Notes: generated from the sequence alone by a model not told the origin. A stretch of 64,000 bases of DNA from Candidatus Krumholzibacteriota bacterium (GCA_963727455.1 CAVSGG010000009.1:416001-480000), one strand, 5' to 3'; counted from the first letter of the stretch, positions 50,192-62,651 are shown. Numbers and translations are program-made.

Positions 50192-51805
50192 TTGGAAGTC
50201 CATTTGAACTATGGGGGAACGAGTCATTCGCTCGATTTGAACGACGGGTCCTTCACTTTGGGACGAGCGGAAAACTCGCAGATCCGCATTCCGGTCATGA
50301 GCGTGAGCCGGCAGCATGCAATTTTGCGGGTGGAGGGCGAAAAGCTCTACGTCCGTAATCTGAGCACCACGAGCGGGACGCTCCTGGATGGCCGTCAAAT
50401 CGAGACCGAGGAAGAACTCGAGATTCCCAAGCAGAGCCGTCTCACCTTTGGCGAAGCCGAACTCTGGCGCGACGACGCGGTTACCTCCTTCGGCGCTCCC
50501 CTATCCGAACACGGTGAGTTGCGCTCCCGCTTCTCCTTCTCGCCAAACCGCGAGACCACCGGCATGGCCCGCGATCGCATTTTGCAGATGCTCTCCAGCC
50601 TCTTCGATTTGATCGCCGCCGCGCCGGATGACGAGAGCTTCGAAAAGAACGCCTGCCAATTCGTGGGGAAAGTCGTACACGCCGATCGGGTCCTCATTCT
50701 GGAGGACGATGGCTTGGGGACTCCTTTCCTGCGGCGCGGCGCGTGGTTCTCCTCTCCCGATCACGCCGAGAAATATCGTCTCAGCGCGCATTTCATCGAG
50801 GAGGTTTGCCGCACGAAGTCCTCTCTTTTGATCGAGGACGCCATGAACACCGGACCGGCGGCCGCCTATCAGAGCGTGCAGGACCTCCGTGTCCGGTCGG
50901 CCATCATCGCCCCCCTGCTCGACGGTGATCGCGTGCGCGGAATCCTCTACGCAGACAACCTCATCAGCCGTCGCCGCTACGAGGAAGACGATCTCCAGGT
51001 TCTCACCGCGATCGCGCGCGCGGTCGGAGTGAAGCGTCAACGCGACGACGAACAGCGCGAGCGGCGTCGCGCGGCTCGCGTTCAGGAGAGCCTGCTGCCG
51101 CGCGAACTTCCCCAGGTCGGGGGACTCGACATCCACGGCCATCTCGAGATGTGTCAAGGCGTCGGAGGCGATCTCTATCTCTGTGTCCGCCGTCCCTCGG
51201 GTCGCATCCTCCTCGCGGTCGGCGACGTATCGGGAAAGGGAATGGCGGCCGCCCTATCCATGGGGGCAGCCACGATGCTCCTGAGGATCCTGGCCAGATT
51301 GGGCGGAGAGCCCATGCACGTACTCGAAGAAATGCACGAACATCTGCGCGAGACTCTGCCCGTCGAGCGCTTCGTCACCCTCTTCGTGGCCGAATACGAA
51401 CCCAAGACGGGAAAACTCCTGTATGCGAGCGCGGGACACGAAGACGCTCTGGTAATCCGGGGGAACGGCAGCGTGGATCGACTTCGCTCCACCGGTCTCC
51501 CCTCTGGTTTCGATTTCGACTGCGAATACGGCCAGGGCGACGCCACGCTCGAGGAAGGTGACTTGCTCGTCATCTACACCGACGGGGTCACCGAAGCGAC
51601 CACCGACGGAGACCGCTTTTACGGTAGTGAAGGCGCAGAGAGAGTTCTCGTGGCCGCGCGGCACGAAACTCTGGATCGCATCCAGACCCTTCTCCTCGAG
51701 GACATCCACGAGTTCTTGGCGCACCAGCACGCCTCGGACGACATCACGCTGCTCTTGATGAGACGCGCGCCCTCCGAGGCACCCGCGCGCGCCGCACGCG
51801 AATGA
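50192..51805 (+). CDS. FHA-GAF-SpoIIE (PP2C) Ser/Thr phosphatase
   Basis: FHA (LGR...SVSRQHA), GAF, VGGDLY, GDVSGKG, SAGH, YTDGVTE, DDIT; TTG start after AGGAG. Confidence 0.9.
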   Translation: MEVHLNYGGTSHSLDLNDGSFTLGRAENSQIRIPVMSVSRQHAILRVEGEKLYVRNLSTTSGTLLDGRQIETEEELEIPKQSRLTFGEAELWRDDAVTSFGAPLSEHGELRSRFSFSPNRETTGMARDRILQMLSSLFDLIAAAPDDESFEKNACQFVGKVVHADRVLILEDDGLGTPFLRRGAWFSSPDHAEKYRLSAHFIEEVCRTKSSLLIEDAMNTGPAAAYQSVQDLRVRSAIIAPLLDGDRVRGILYADNLISRRRYEEDDLQVLTAIARAVGVKRQRDDEQRERRRAARVQESLLPRELPQVGGLDIHGHLEMCQGVGGDLYLCVRRPSGRILLAVGDVSGKGMAAALSMGAATMLLRILARLGGEPMHVLEEMHEHLRETLPVERFVTLFVAEYEPKTGKLLYASAGHEDALVIRGNGSVDRLRSTGLPSGFDFDCEYGQGDATLEEGDLLVIYTDGVTEATTDGDRFYGSEGAERVLVAARHETLDRIQTLLLEDIHEFLAHQHASDDITLLLMRRAPSEAPARAARE

Positions 51806-52320
51806 CGATGCGAGTTCTCAAGAGTTCCAGTTTCTACTTCACTCTCATGATCGTGATACTCGCGGTAGTTTATTGGTTTCACTACGCCCCAAGCATGCCC
51901 GACAAGATTCCCACCCATTTCAACGGACACGGCAGCGCCGATGCGTGGTCCTCTCCCGAGGACTTCGCTCGCATCTACTGGGAAGTGATCCTGGGGCTCT
52001 TCCTCTTGTTCACCGGGCTCGCGGTGGCCCTGCAGCGCATTCCCAGCCGCCTCATCAACCTCCCCCGGCGCGACTATTGGCTCGGCGAAAGGCGGGGGAT
52101 TGCGACCCGGCTCAAGTTGGGAGAGACTCTCCTGAGCTTCTGTTCGGTCACCATTATCTTCTTCCTCTTGGTCTTCCACCTGCAGGTACGGGCGGCGATC
52201 GAGGAAAGTGAGCGCCTGACAGGCGAGTTCAACTGGATTTTGGGGGGATACCTCGCCTTCGTGGGCATCTGGACTGGGAGCATCCTCTGGCGCTACTCGC
52301 GCGCACCGGGCGAGGAGTAA
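51802..52320 (+). CDS. DUF1648-containing membrane protein
   Basis: MPDKIPTHFNGHGSADAW, INLPRRDYW, four TMs; ATGA overlap with the upstream stop. Confidence 0.8.
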   Translation: MTMRVLKSSSFYFTLMIVILAVVYWFHYAPSMPDKIPTHFNGHGSADAWSSPEDFARIYWEVILGLFLLFTGLAVALQRIPSRLINLPRRDYWLGERRGIATRLKLGETLLSFCSVTIIFFLLVFHLQVRAAIEESERLTGEFNWILGGYLAFVGIWTGSILWRYSRAPGEE

Positions 52321-52404
52321 ATTCCATCCTGGGCTGGCGCGGGCCCATTTCCTATCTTCTTGCGGAAACAAGCCAAAATTGACGTGAATTCGAAGGAGCT
52401 GGAA

Positions 52405-53748
<1,344 letters not shown>

Positions 53749-53778
53749 AGACCGGGTCAGCGCGGCCGGAGGAAATCG

Positions 53779-54786
53779 ATGGTTTCGGACTTCTCGAGAT
53801 CTCCTTCCGAGATGCCCCTGGTATCGGTCGTCACCCCTTTTTACAACACCGTGGATCACCTGCGCGAGTGCATCGAGAGTGTGCTCGCGCAGGATTATCC
53901 CAATCTCGAGTACATCCTACACGACAACCAGAGCACGGACGGCTCCGAGCGGATCGCCCGCGAATATGCCGAGCGTTATGCGAGAATTCGCTATGTGCGT
54001 AGTGAGCGGTTTCGAACTCAGGTCGCCAATTACAACAAGGCGCTGGAATACCTGAATCCATCGAGCGTCTACTGCAAAATCGTGCAGGCGGACGACTGGA
54101 TCTATCCCGGGTGTCTGAGCGAGATGGTTTCGCTCGGAGAAAAAAACCCGCGGGTGGGATTGTTCTCCTCCTACTATCTGCAGGGCATGACGCTATGTGG
54201 CATGGGGCTTCCCTACAGTCAGGCCGTCATCTCTGGCAAAGACATCGCGGCGCGTCATCTGCTCAGCCAGATGTTTCTCTTCGGATCGCCCTCGACGGTC
54301 ATGATGCGCAGCGAGATCGTGCGCGCCACGACACCTTTTTACCACGAAGGGCGCATGCACGAAGACACCGAAGCTTGTTACGAAATCCTCTCGCAGTGGG
54401 ATTTCGGCTTCGTCCATCAAATCTTGAGCTACTTGCGCGTGGACCCGAATTCGATCTACGGGAAGATCCTCAACTACGACAACAGTCAGCTGGACAGTCT
54501 CATCGTGCTGCACCGCTATGGGGAGCGGTTTCTCTCGCCGGAGGAGTTTCTCGAGGAATGGAGATTTCGCCGGACCCGCCACTACCGGCGACTCGCTCGC
54601 TCCTTTTTCATGGGCCGAGGCAGGGACTACTGGCATTACCAGAAAAACGGGCTCGCGAGCGAAGGCCTCAAGATCGAGAATTTCGAACTCTTCAAGGCCC
54701 TCTGTGTGGAGTTTTTCGATCTCGTTCTGAATCCCAAGCAGACTATCGAGGATTCCTGGCGCTACTTCCGCTCTCGCCAGCGCTGA
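53779..54786 (+). CDS. GT2-family glycosyltransferase
   Basis: PLVSVVTPFYN, ESVLAQ, DNQSTDGS, ADD, ED. Confidence 0.9.
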   Translation: MVSDFSRSPSEMPLVSVVTPFYNTVDHLRECIESVLAQDYPNLEYILHDNQSTDGSERIAREYAERYARIRYVRSERFRTQVANYNKALEYLNPSSVYCKIVQADDWIYPGCLSEMVSLGEKNPRVGLFSSYYLQGMTLCGMGLPYSQAVISGKDIAARHLLSQMFLFGSPSTVMMRSEIVRATTPFYHEGRMHEDTEACYEILSQWDFGFVHQILSYLRVDPNSIYGKILNYDNSQLDSLIVLHRYGERFLSPEEFLEEWRFRRTRHYRRLARSFFMGRGRDYWHYQKNGLASEGLKIENFELFKALCVEFFDLVLNPKQTIEDSWRYFRSRQR

Positions 54787-54789
54787 ACC

Positions 54790-57495
54790 TCATTCTTCCA
54801 AGCGCTTCTGAAGCGCTTTCAACTCGGGCTCCCAGAACTCGCCGGAGGCCTCTTGCAGGGCAAGACCAAGGTAACGCCGCGCCTCTTCTTTCCGGCCCAG
54901 GCGTGAGAGGGTTGCCGCGATGTGGAAGTGGTTCTCCGCCCGCATCGAGCGGTCCGCCTGCGGCAGCTCGCCTTCCGCCCTTTGGAGATAGCTCAAGGCC
55001 TCGCTTGGATCGTCCTCGCGGTAGCAAATCCATCCCAGAGTGTCCAGGAGATAGGGATGAAGATCCTTCGAATCGGGGAGGACCGAAAGGACGCTCCGCT
55101 TCGCCTCCTGCAGATGCACCCCCATCACCGCCTCGGTGTAGGCAAGAGCGTTGATCCCGTTCACCGAGTTGGGATCGAGCTTGAGCATCCGCTTGAATAC
55201 ACGCGCCGCCTCCTCGAAGCTCTGATTTTCCAGCAGCGTGTAGCCCATCCCGTAGAGAACGCGGCTGTCGTCGGGGGCAGCGCGCAGAGCGCGCTCGAAG
55301 AGATCGCGCGCACGCTGGTATTCGCCCTTTTCCAACTGCAGCCGAGCCGCCTGTAGGGTCCAGTCCACGCGCAAGTTCTCCACCCGATCCCGGATGGCGG
55401 CGACACCCTTCGACTTGCCCAGGCTCTCTCCCTCGCGAGCCAGATCGAGCAGGGTCTTGGCGGCGTCGAGAGAGGAGTCGAGCGAGAGCGCGCGCTGGGC
55501 GGCCCGAATCGCCGAGGGGAACTCCCCTTGCAGAGCCAAGAGGGTCCCGTATTGCATGTAGACCTCGGGCGCCGGGACCTTCAGCTTATCCAACTCTCTC
55601 AGGGTTCTAAGAGCGTCGGATTCCTTCCCGTTCGCCAACTGCAAGTTGGCGATCGCATAAAGTGCTGCCGAATCGGTGGGATTGAGGGCCAGTGCGCGAT
55701 GCAGGCACTCCCACGCACTCGTCTCGTCTCCCAGCCGAGCGAATGCCTCGCCGACCACCACCTGAATGTCTGCGGATTTGATTCCGTAGGAACGCGCGCT
55801 CTCAAAGTAAGGTCGCGCCTGTTCGCGATCCCTGTAGGCTTGTGCCCAGAGGCCGGTCCGATATTGGATGGATGCGGCCAAAACGCTTTCCAGGCAGTCA
55901 TCGGAATCGACCGGGGGGAAGGAATCGATCGTCGCGGAAATCTGCGCAGGTTTCTCCGACGGCCTGAGCAGCTGAAAGATCATGTGATTGGGCACCATGG
56001 TGCATCCCGCGAATCCCTCGGTCGACGCGCGCTCCGTGTAGAAGATGGTCCTTTCGGGTTCGTCGAGAGCGAACTGGATTTCCCGCTCGACTCGCTTTGC
56101 CTTGCGCTGGGATCGGTCCATCGCGACGAAGTCCTCGCCGTAGTTCCTCACCAGCAGGTTGAGGTACGAATCGTGGAGGATCACGTCGGGCCGCACCCCC
56201 TTCACCTCGTGCTCGTAAATGAGGGAAAACACCTCTGCGTCGCCGGCGTTGGCGTAGAGTCGAGCCCCCTTGGGCAGGGACCTCAGTACCGTGTCCGCGT
56301 AGTCGCGGGCCAAAGTCGACCGGCTGCGGTCACACACGGGATAGTTGGTCCATCCTTCCAGGAGCACGGCGCCTGCGGTCAAGACCGCGGCCACTCCCCA
56401 GAGAACCCTCCAGTGGGCGGCAAAGCTCGCACGCAGGAACTCGAGAATCTCAGCCAAACCGATTCCCGCCAGGAGGTAGGCAGCGAGGTCGGCGCCGAGG
56501 AAATACACCTTCACGACCGTGCGGTCACGGAAGCTGTCCTGGAAATCGAGGCTCCCTGCCAGCACGGGACCGCTGACCAGCCAGAGCCCCAGGATGCCGA
56601 GCACCAAGGTCCTGCGATCGGCGCGCCGCAGAGCGAGTAGACCGGCCACCGCCAACGCACAGGCAAGGGGTGGTACGTCTTGCAGAAAGAGCTGGGCGAA
56701 CACCAACAGGCGCTTCTCGAGGGAAGCCACTCCCTCGTGCGCAAACGGCTCTCCGTACTGCTGGCGAAAGAGGTGATTGAGTACGTCCTGCAAGCCGTGC
56801 ATTCCTCCCCATTCGATGAGAGGATTTTGGGCCTGACGCAAAGGAATGTAGAGATAGACGCTTGCTCCCAACACGAAGAGAAGCAGCGGTGCGAGAAAAG
56901 GCGCCCGCTTGGAATCCGCGCGGCGCGTGTGTACCCACCACAAGAGCAGCGGCAATCCCGTCAGCAGGACCAGAGGATGGTTGCCCAGGCCCAGGCCCAG
57001 AAGAAGTGCCGCCACGGGATAGCCCCAAGCTCTCCCTTCGTGCCCGGCCACCGCGGCCCATAGGATCGAGGCGCTCAGCGCCATGTTCAGAGCGTAGACC
57101 TCGGTGATGACCGACTGACTCCAGGGACCGACCGCGAATGCGTAAGCCAGGCCGGCCGAAATCGACGCCAGCGCCGTCACGCGTAGTCGAAACAGGAAGC
57201 CGGTGAGCATGGCGGCGGCAGTCGCGCCGCAGAGGGCCGAAAGCACGTTCAGACCCAGCGCGGGTTCGTGCGGGCTGAGAAGTGCCGGCCAGTGCCCCAA
57301 GAGCACCCACAGGGGATAACCCGGAGGATGGGCGATTCCCAGTGTTGCCGCCGCTGCCGCCAGCTCCCCCGAATCGCCCACGAAGATCGTCGGACAGAGA
57401 GTTTTCAGGTAGACGGCGAGAGAGAGAGCCGCGACAAAGAGCGCGGGCCACAGGGCAAAGGTGTTCTCTGCTCTGTTGGAGGCGGGTGTGACCAA
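54790..57495 (-). CDS. DUF2723 (TMEM260-like) membrane glycosyltransferase with C-terminal TPRs
   Basis: PTIFVGDSGEL...LGIAHPPGYPL, WSQSVITEVY, GNH, YLYIPLR; C-terminal TPR array. Confidence 0.85.
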   Translation of the reverse strand: MVTPASNRAENTFALWPALFVAALSLAVYLKTLCPTIFVGDSGELAAAAATLGIAHPPGYPLWVLLGHWPALLSPHEPALGLNVLSALCGATAAAMLTGFLFRLRVTALASISAGLAYAFAVGPWSQSVITEVYALNMALSASILWAAVAGHEGRAWGYPVAALLLGLGLGNHPLVLLTGLPLLLWWVHTRRADSKRAPFLAPLLLFVLGASVYLYIPLRQAQNPLIEWGGMHGLQDVLNHLFRQQYGEPFAHEGVASLEKRLLVFAQLFLQDVPPLACALAVAGLLALRRADRRTLVLGILGLWLVSGPVLAGSLDFQDSFRDRTVVKVYFLGADLAAYLLAGIGLAEILEFLRASFAAHWRVLWGVAAVLTAGAVLLEGWTNYPVCDRSRSTLARDYADTVLRSLPKGARLYANAGDAEVFSLIYEHEVKGVRPDVILHDSYLNLLVRNYGEDFVAMDRSQRKAKRVEREIQFALDEPERTIFYTERASTEGFAGCTMVPNHMIFQLLRPSEKPAQISATIDSFPPVDSDDCLESVLAASIQYRTGLWAQAYRDREQARPYFESARSYGIKSADIQVVVGEAFARLGDETSAWECLHRALALNPTDSAALYAIANLQLANGKESDALRTLRELDKLKVPAPEVYMQYGTLLALQGEFPSAIRAAQRALSLDSSLDAAKTLLDLAREGESLGKSKGVAAIRDRVENLRVDWTLQAARLQLEKGEYQRARDLFERALRAAPDDSRVLYGMGYTLLENQSFEEAARVFKRMLKLDPNSVNGINALAYTEAVMGVHLQEAKRSVLSVLPDSKDLHPYLLDTLGWICYREDDPSEALSYLQRAEGELPQADRSMRAENHFHIAATLSRLGRKEEARRYLGLALQEASGEFWEPELKALQKRLEE

Positions 57496-57618
57496 GGAAC
57501 TTCTCTCCGGAACGGTGGATTGCTTCTTCGGCCCAGTGAGTATAGACCATGGCCGCCCTTGCAGAAATCAGTACAATCCCCTACGACTCTTGAGAGCTAA
57601 AGCGTCTTGAAGCGTATC

Positions 57619-58395
57619 ATGACGACCCAACCCAAAGACGAGCGCGCGCCGGGAAAGGCGAATCAGAGGCAAGATCCTGCCACGAACTCGTCGCATTCCA
57701 GCTTCTACAAGTCACCCGGCTTTTTCGGCCTCTTGCTCGCGCTGATTGTCCTGGGAGGGCTCGGTTTTCTTCTCGGCCACAATTTCCCGCGATTGCGGCT
57801 CTTCATCGAGGGCCTGGGCCCGTGGGCCCCGCTCGCGTTCGTTGCCCTCTACCTGGCGCTGGCCCCGTGCTTCTTTCCCCTCTCCATTCTCGATCTCAGC
57901 TGTGGCGCGATGTTCGGGGTGACCAGGGGATTCGAAATTTTGGCCCTGGCCAACGCGCTCGCCGCCTTGGAGATGTATGTCGGCTCGCGTTGGCTGTTCG
58001 CCCAGCGCGTGGGGCGATTCATCCAGGCCCGGCCACGGTGGCGCCGCTTCTACGCACTGGCTGGACTGAAGGACTGGAAGATCCTCGCCCTGCTTCGACT
58101 CTCCCCCACCAACTTCGCGGTGGTCAACTACATGCTGGGCGCGGCTCACGTGAGCTTCACGCGCTACATGGTTACCTGGCTGATTCTGGTGCCCAAGGCG
58201 CTCCTCCACGCCGCAATTGGGCATGCGCTCTATCGCCTTGGACAATCAGCGCCAAGCTCGAACGCTCTCGCGAAATCCGAGACGGCGCTCCTCGTTCTGG
58301 GCCTGGTCAGCATTCTCTTGCTCGCCGCCATTCTGAGCCGGCGAATACGGCGCGCCCTGGAGGAGATCGCGCAACGCAGGAAAATCTCCTCCTGA
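57619..58395 (+). CDS. TVP38/TMEM64 (VTT/DedA) membrane protein
   Basis: GAMFG, LLRLSP..FAVVNYMLG motifs. Confidence 0.85.
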   Translation: MTTQPKDERAPGKANQRQDPATNSSHSSFYKSPGFFGLLLALIVLGGLGFLLGHNFPRLRLFIEGLGPWAPLAFVALYLALAPCFFPLSILDLSCGAMFGVTRGFEILALANALAALEMYVGSRWLFAQRVGRFIQARPRWRRFYALAGLKDWKILALLRLSPTNFAVVNYMLGAAHVSFTRYMVTWLILVPKALLHAAIGHALYRLGQSAPSSNALAKSETALLVLGLVSILLLAAILSRRIRRALEEIAQRRKISS

Positions 58396-58436
58396 GACTC
58401 TCGTGCATCGGCGGCGCCAAAGCGTGGTAACAGCAA

Positions 58437-59465
58437 CTATCGCCGTCTCCACTGTGCGCGGTGCTGGAGCCCCAGATTCAGGATCCGGGTCAGGAGTGTG
58501 TCGTACTTGATTCCCGCCTGGAGAGCAGACTCGGCCAGGAGGTCGTCGTAGGCGAGGTCGGGGTTGGGATTGACCTCGATGAGGTGAACTCCGCCCTGAT
58601 CGTCCAAACGCAGGTCGAGCCGGGCGTAGCCGGAGAGCCCGAGGATGCGATAGACCCGCTTGCCCAAACGAGACATCTTCTCGGCGAGTTCGGGTGGAAT
58701 ATTGCGAGCGGCCTTGATGGCAATTCCCATCTTCTTCTGGTAGGGAACGTCCCATTTCGCTTTGGAGGTCGCAATCCGGTAGATACCCTCCGGCACTTTC
58801 TTGAACACCATCTCCCACAGAGGAAAAGTCTGGAGACGCTGATTGCCGAGCACTCCCAAGTAGAGTTCACGTCCATCCACGTATTCCTCGACGATCGCAT
58901 CCGTGCCCACGCTCTCATGAATGAAGTGCACGCGTTCCTTTAGCCTCGCCTCATCCTCGACCACCGAGGCCTGGGCGATGCCGAGCGATGCGTCTTCCAC
59001 CTGGGATTTCACGAAGAGGGGATAGCGCAACTTGCGCGGTGGACGAACCTTCCGGTTCATGGGAAAGACCTCGAAACGCGGACCCGGCACGCGATGGTAG
59101 GCGAGGATCTTCCGGCACAGTCCCTTGTCGTGGGCCAACATGAGACCGCGCGGATTACAGCCGGTGTAAGGCATCCTTCGAAGTTCCAGGTAGCTCACGA
59201 CGTGTTGATCGTATACGGCCTCGCCGTGGAACTCCTCGGTCAGATTGAACGCGATGTGCGGTCGATGTTCGTCGATGGACTGCCGGATTACGCCCAAGTC
59301 GTCGCGCACTCCGACCACGAAAACCTCGTGGCCCATCTTACGCAGGTTGGAGACGACGTCGTACTCGGTGCGCCACGGTTCCATGGCATCGCTGTCGTCC
59401 TCGGGCAGAGTATCCGGAGGGACGAGATCCTCGTGGCAGAGGACGATGATCCTGAGGCGTTTCAT
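58437..59465 (-). CDS. D-Ala-D-Ala ligase-like ATP-grasp enzyme
   Basis: PYTG, HDK, YPLFVK...EDASLGI, VEEYVDGRE, GYARLD, IEVNPNP; lacks the Ddl N-terminal GGxSxE motif. Confidence 0.85.
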   Translation of the reverse strand: MKRLRIIVLCHEDLVPPDTLPEDDSDAMEPWRTEYDVVSNLRKMGHEVFVVGVRDDLGVIRQSIDEHRPHIAFNLTEEFHGEAVYDQHVVSYLELRRMPYTGCNPRGLMLAHDKGLCRKILAYHRVPGPRFEVFPMNRKVRPPRKLRYPLFVKSQVEDASLGIAQASVVEDEARLKERVHFIHESVGTDAIVEEYVDGRELYLGVLGNQRLQTFPLWEMVFKKVPEGIYRIATSKAKWDVPYQKKMGIAIKAARNIPPELAEKMSRLGKRVYRILGLSGYARLDLRLDDQGGVHLIEVNPNPDLAYDDLLAESALQAGIKYDTLLTRILNLGLQHRAQWRRR

Positions 59466-60571
59466 ACCAGTATTCTATGCGGAACCCGGTGTAAAAAGTT
59501 CATGGTCTGTACGGTGACGAGAGTCGTGGCGTCGCTCAGAGTCTTCTTCTCGGATTCTCGAAGCCGCAACCTCTCGCTCTTGCAGCGATCGATCATGTCC
59601 CGCAGGACGAGATCGACGGTGTACTGATACTCTCCGGTCCAGCGCGAAACCTGCTCACGAATCCGGCGCCTATGGCGTCGCAAGAACACCGCGGCGGACA
59701 TACGGCGCGCATGCCGCGGTTCTTCGGAAAACAACCTTCTCAGATCGCGCGTGTAGACGTCGGGGCTCTGACTGCCGTAGGTCTCCCTCTTGGCCTCGTA
59801 GTACTCCCGCAGCGTATACCGCAACGACTTCAATGGCTCGACATGCCGTTTGGAGCGCACGAGAGCTGGCCTTCCCTGGATCTTCGCCATGGTATCGTGC
59901 ACATAGCGGAGTTTGAGGAGAGCGGGCCAGCCGCGGTAAGCTTTGCGCCAGCGCGAGTTCGGTTTCAACCAAACCGCAAAAGTCTCCGCGAAATCCTCGG
60001 CGGGATGAGCCTGGGCGTACCACCAGTCCAGATGCAAAACGTATCGCTTCGAATGGGCCCGAGGGAGATAGCTCTTGGGATAGGGCGTACCCATGGGACC
60101 GAATGTCTTGCGCCAGCGCCGCGAGTAATGAAGCCGATACGCAGTGCAGACACAATGACCCGTTTCGTGACGCATGAGTTTCATGCATTCACTGGCCGTG
60201 CCACCTTCAACCTCCAGCATCATCTTCAGTTCGAGACGCTTGAGGCGATCGTGGGCGAGATAGAAAGGTACGCCGAAACCCGGAATGCCGTCGGGACTGA
60301 ACCACTCGTGCGAAAACCATACGTGTGGCCTGAGCCGAATTTCTTTCTCGGCGAGCTCTTCGTAGAGTCTCTCGAGCCGCTCCTGGATGGGAGTGTCCTG
60401 GATTTTCAGGTCGAGATCGCAGAGACGGAGGTCCAAGAGTTCGCGATCGCTGCACTCGACCCACCACGGTTCGTGCCGGCGCCGCTTGCGACCACCGGCG
60501 CGCCTGCGCGCAGCTGCGTTAAGACCATCGAATCGGGCGGATGAATCTGCCATTTCGCCAGTCTGGGTCAT
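59462..60571 (-). CDS. Putative zinc metallopeptidase (Peptidase_Mx-like)
   Basis: RHETGH (HExxH) and YAQAHPAEDFAETFAVWL. Confidence 0.8.
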   Translation of the reverse strand: MTQTGEMADSSARFDGLNAAARRRAGGRKRRRHEPWWVECSDRELLDLRLCDLDLKIQDTPIQERLERLYEELAEKEIRLRPHVWFSHEWFSPDGIPGFGVPFYLAHDRLKRLELKMMLEVEGGTASECMKLMRHETGHCVCTAYRLHYSRRWRKTFGPMGTPYPKSYLPRAHSKRYVLHLDWWYAQAHPAEDFAETFAVWLKPNSRWRKAYRGWPALLKLRYVHDTMAKIQGRPALVRSKRHVEPLKSLRYTLREYYEAKRETYGSQSPDVYTRDLRRLFSEEPRHARRMSAAVFLRRHRRRIREQVSRWTGEYQYTVDLVLRDMIDRCKSERLRLRESEKKTLSDATTLVTVQTMNFLHRVPHRILV

Positions 60572-60695
60572 GACTTGCCGTCACGTCAAGCAGCATGGAT
60601 CTTTCCTACAGCGCAAAGAGATCTTGAGTTAAGATGAAGCAGTCGCGGTGGGCGGCGCAGTTCCCCGAAGATCCATGCAAGTTCAGGAGGTCGAG

Positions 60696-62651
60696 GTGTC
60701 CGAAGTCTACCCCGTAAAAGAGCATATTCGGGATTCAGCACACATTCAGAGCATGGATGAGTACGAGCGTCTCTATCGGCTATCACTCGATAATCCCCAG
60801 TGGTTCTGGTCCGAACAGGCCAAATTGCTGGATTGGTTCCATCCCTGGAATACCGTGTTCGACGCCGACTACGACGAAGTGGACTTCGCCTGGTTTTCGG
60901 GTGGACGGCTGAACGCCTGCTACAACTGCGTCGATCGTCATCTGGAAAAGAAGGGCGATCAGACCGCGATGATCTGGGCCAGCGATGAGGCCGGAACCTA
61001 TCGCCACATCACCTACCGCGAGCTCAAACACGAGGTGTGCCGCATCGCGAACGTGTTGAAGGCGCATGGAGTGAAAAAGGGCGATCGAGTCTGCATGTAC
61101 ATGCCGATGATTCCCGAGCTGGCCTTTTCGATGTTGGCCTGTGCGCGCATCGGTGCGGTCCATTCGGTGGTGTTCGGCGGATTCAGCGCCGAGGCCCTGC
61201 GCGACCGCATCGTCGACGCGCGAGCTCAGATCGTCATCACCGCCAACGAGGGCCTGAGGGGTGGCAAACACATCCCCTTGAAAAAGATCTGCGACCGAGC
61301 CATCGAGGGAATGGATTTCGTCAAGACGGTGCTGGTGGCGCGGCGCACCGAGGCGCAGACCCCCATGACGGTAGGACGCGATCTCTGGCTCGACGAGGAA
61401 GCCCACAAGCAGCGGGCTACCTGCACGGTGGAGTGGATGGGCGCCGAGGATCCGCTGTTCATCCTCTACACTTCCGGCAGCACGGGCCAGCCCAAGGGGG
61501 TCCTGCACACCACGGGCGGATATATGGTCTATGCCGCCATGACCCACAAGTACGTGTTCGACTATCACCCAGGAAACGTCTATTGCTGTGCCGCCGACAT
61601 CGGCTGGATCACGGGACACACCTACATCCTCTACGGACCTTTGGCCAACGCGGCCACCACCGTGCTCTTCGAATCGACTCCCACCTATCCCGATCCGGGA
61701 CGCTACTGGCGGCTGGTCCAGGATCTCAAGATCAACATCTTCTACACCGCGCCCACCGCGTTACGAGCCATCGCGCGGGCAGGCGACGAGTGGGTCAAGA
61801 AATATGATCTCCGCAGCCTGCGTGTACTCGGTTCAGTTGGAGAACCCATCAATCCCGAGATCTGGAAGTGGTATCACGACGTGGTGGGACAGAAGCGCTG
61901 CGCGGTCGTGGACACCTGGTGGCAGACCGAGACCGGAGGCATCCTCATCACTCCTCTCCCCGGAGTCACCCCCACCAAGCCGGGAGCCGCGATGCTCCCC
62001 TTCTTCGGGATCAAGCCCATCCTGCTGGCTCCGGAAAAGGCCACCATCTTGGAGGGCAACGGAGTCAAAGGAGCGCTGTGTCTGGCGACTCCCTGGCCTG
62101 GCCAGGCTCGCACCGTCTGGGGAGATCATCAGCGCTTCAAGCAGACCTATTTCACGCAGTATCCCGGTTACTATTTCACGGGCGATGGATGTACTCGCGA
62201 CGAAGACGGACACTACTGGATCACCGGACGCATCGATGACGTCCTCAACGTATCGGGCCACCGTCTGGGAACTGCGGAGATCGAGAGCGCACTGATCGCG
62301 CACGACATGGTCGCCGAGGCGGCAGTTGTGGGAATTCCGCACGAAATCAAGGGTACGGGAATCTACGCCTACGTGGTCCTGGGCGCCGGCGAAAGCGAGG
62401 TCAAGGCCGACGACATCAGCGGCGCACTGCGCGAGCAAGTCCGGCACGCGATTGGTGGTTTCGCCGCGCCTGACGTCATTCACATCGCGCGCGGTCTCCC
62501 CAAAACGCGAAGCGGCAAGATCATGCGACGTCTTCTGCGCAAGATCGCAGCGGCGGAATACGATGGGCTGGGAGACATCTCCACCCTGGCCGATCCGGAC
62601 GTGGTCAAGCATCTCATCGAGGAGCATCGCGCGCGGAAGGACATGTCCTAG
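60696..62651 (+). CDS. acs: Acetyl-CoA synthetase (AMP-forming)
   Basis: [42 protein letters not shown]; GTG after AGGAGG. Confidence 0.96.
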   Translation: MSEVYPVKEHIRDSAHIQSMDEYERLYRLSLDNPQWFWSEQAKLLDWFHPWNTVFDADYDEVDFAWFSGGRLNACYNCVDRHLEKKGDQTAMIWASDEAGTYRHITYRELKHEVCRIANVLKAHGVKKGDRVCMYMPMIPELAFSMLACARIGAVHSVVFGGFSAEALRDRIVDARAQIVITANEGLRGGKHIPLKKICDRAIEGMDFVKTVLVARRTEAQTPMTVGRDLWLDEEAHKQRATCTVEWMGAEDPLFILYTSGSTGQPKGVLHTTGGYMVYAAMTHKYVFDYHPGNVYCCAADIGWITGHTYILYGPLANAATTVLFESTPTYPDPGRYWRLVQDLKINIFYTAPTALRAIARAGDEWVKKYDLRSLRVLGSVGEPINPEIWKWYHDVVGQKRCAVVDTWWQTETGGILITPLPGVTPTKPGAAMLPFFGIKPILLAPEKATILEGNGVKGALCLATPWPGQARTVWGDHQRFKQTYFTQYPGYYFTGDGCTRDEDGHYWITGRIDDVLNVSGHRLGTAEIESALIAHDMVAEAAVVGIPHEIKGTGIYAYVVLGAGESEVKADDISGALREQVRHAIGGFAAPDVIHIARGLPKTRSGKIMRRLLRKIAAAEYDGLGDISTLADPDVVKHLIEEHRARKDMS

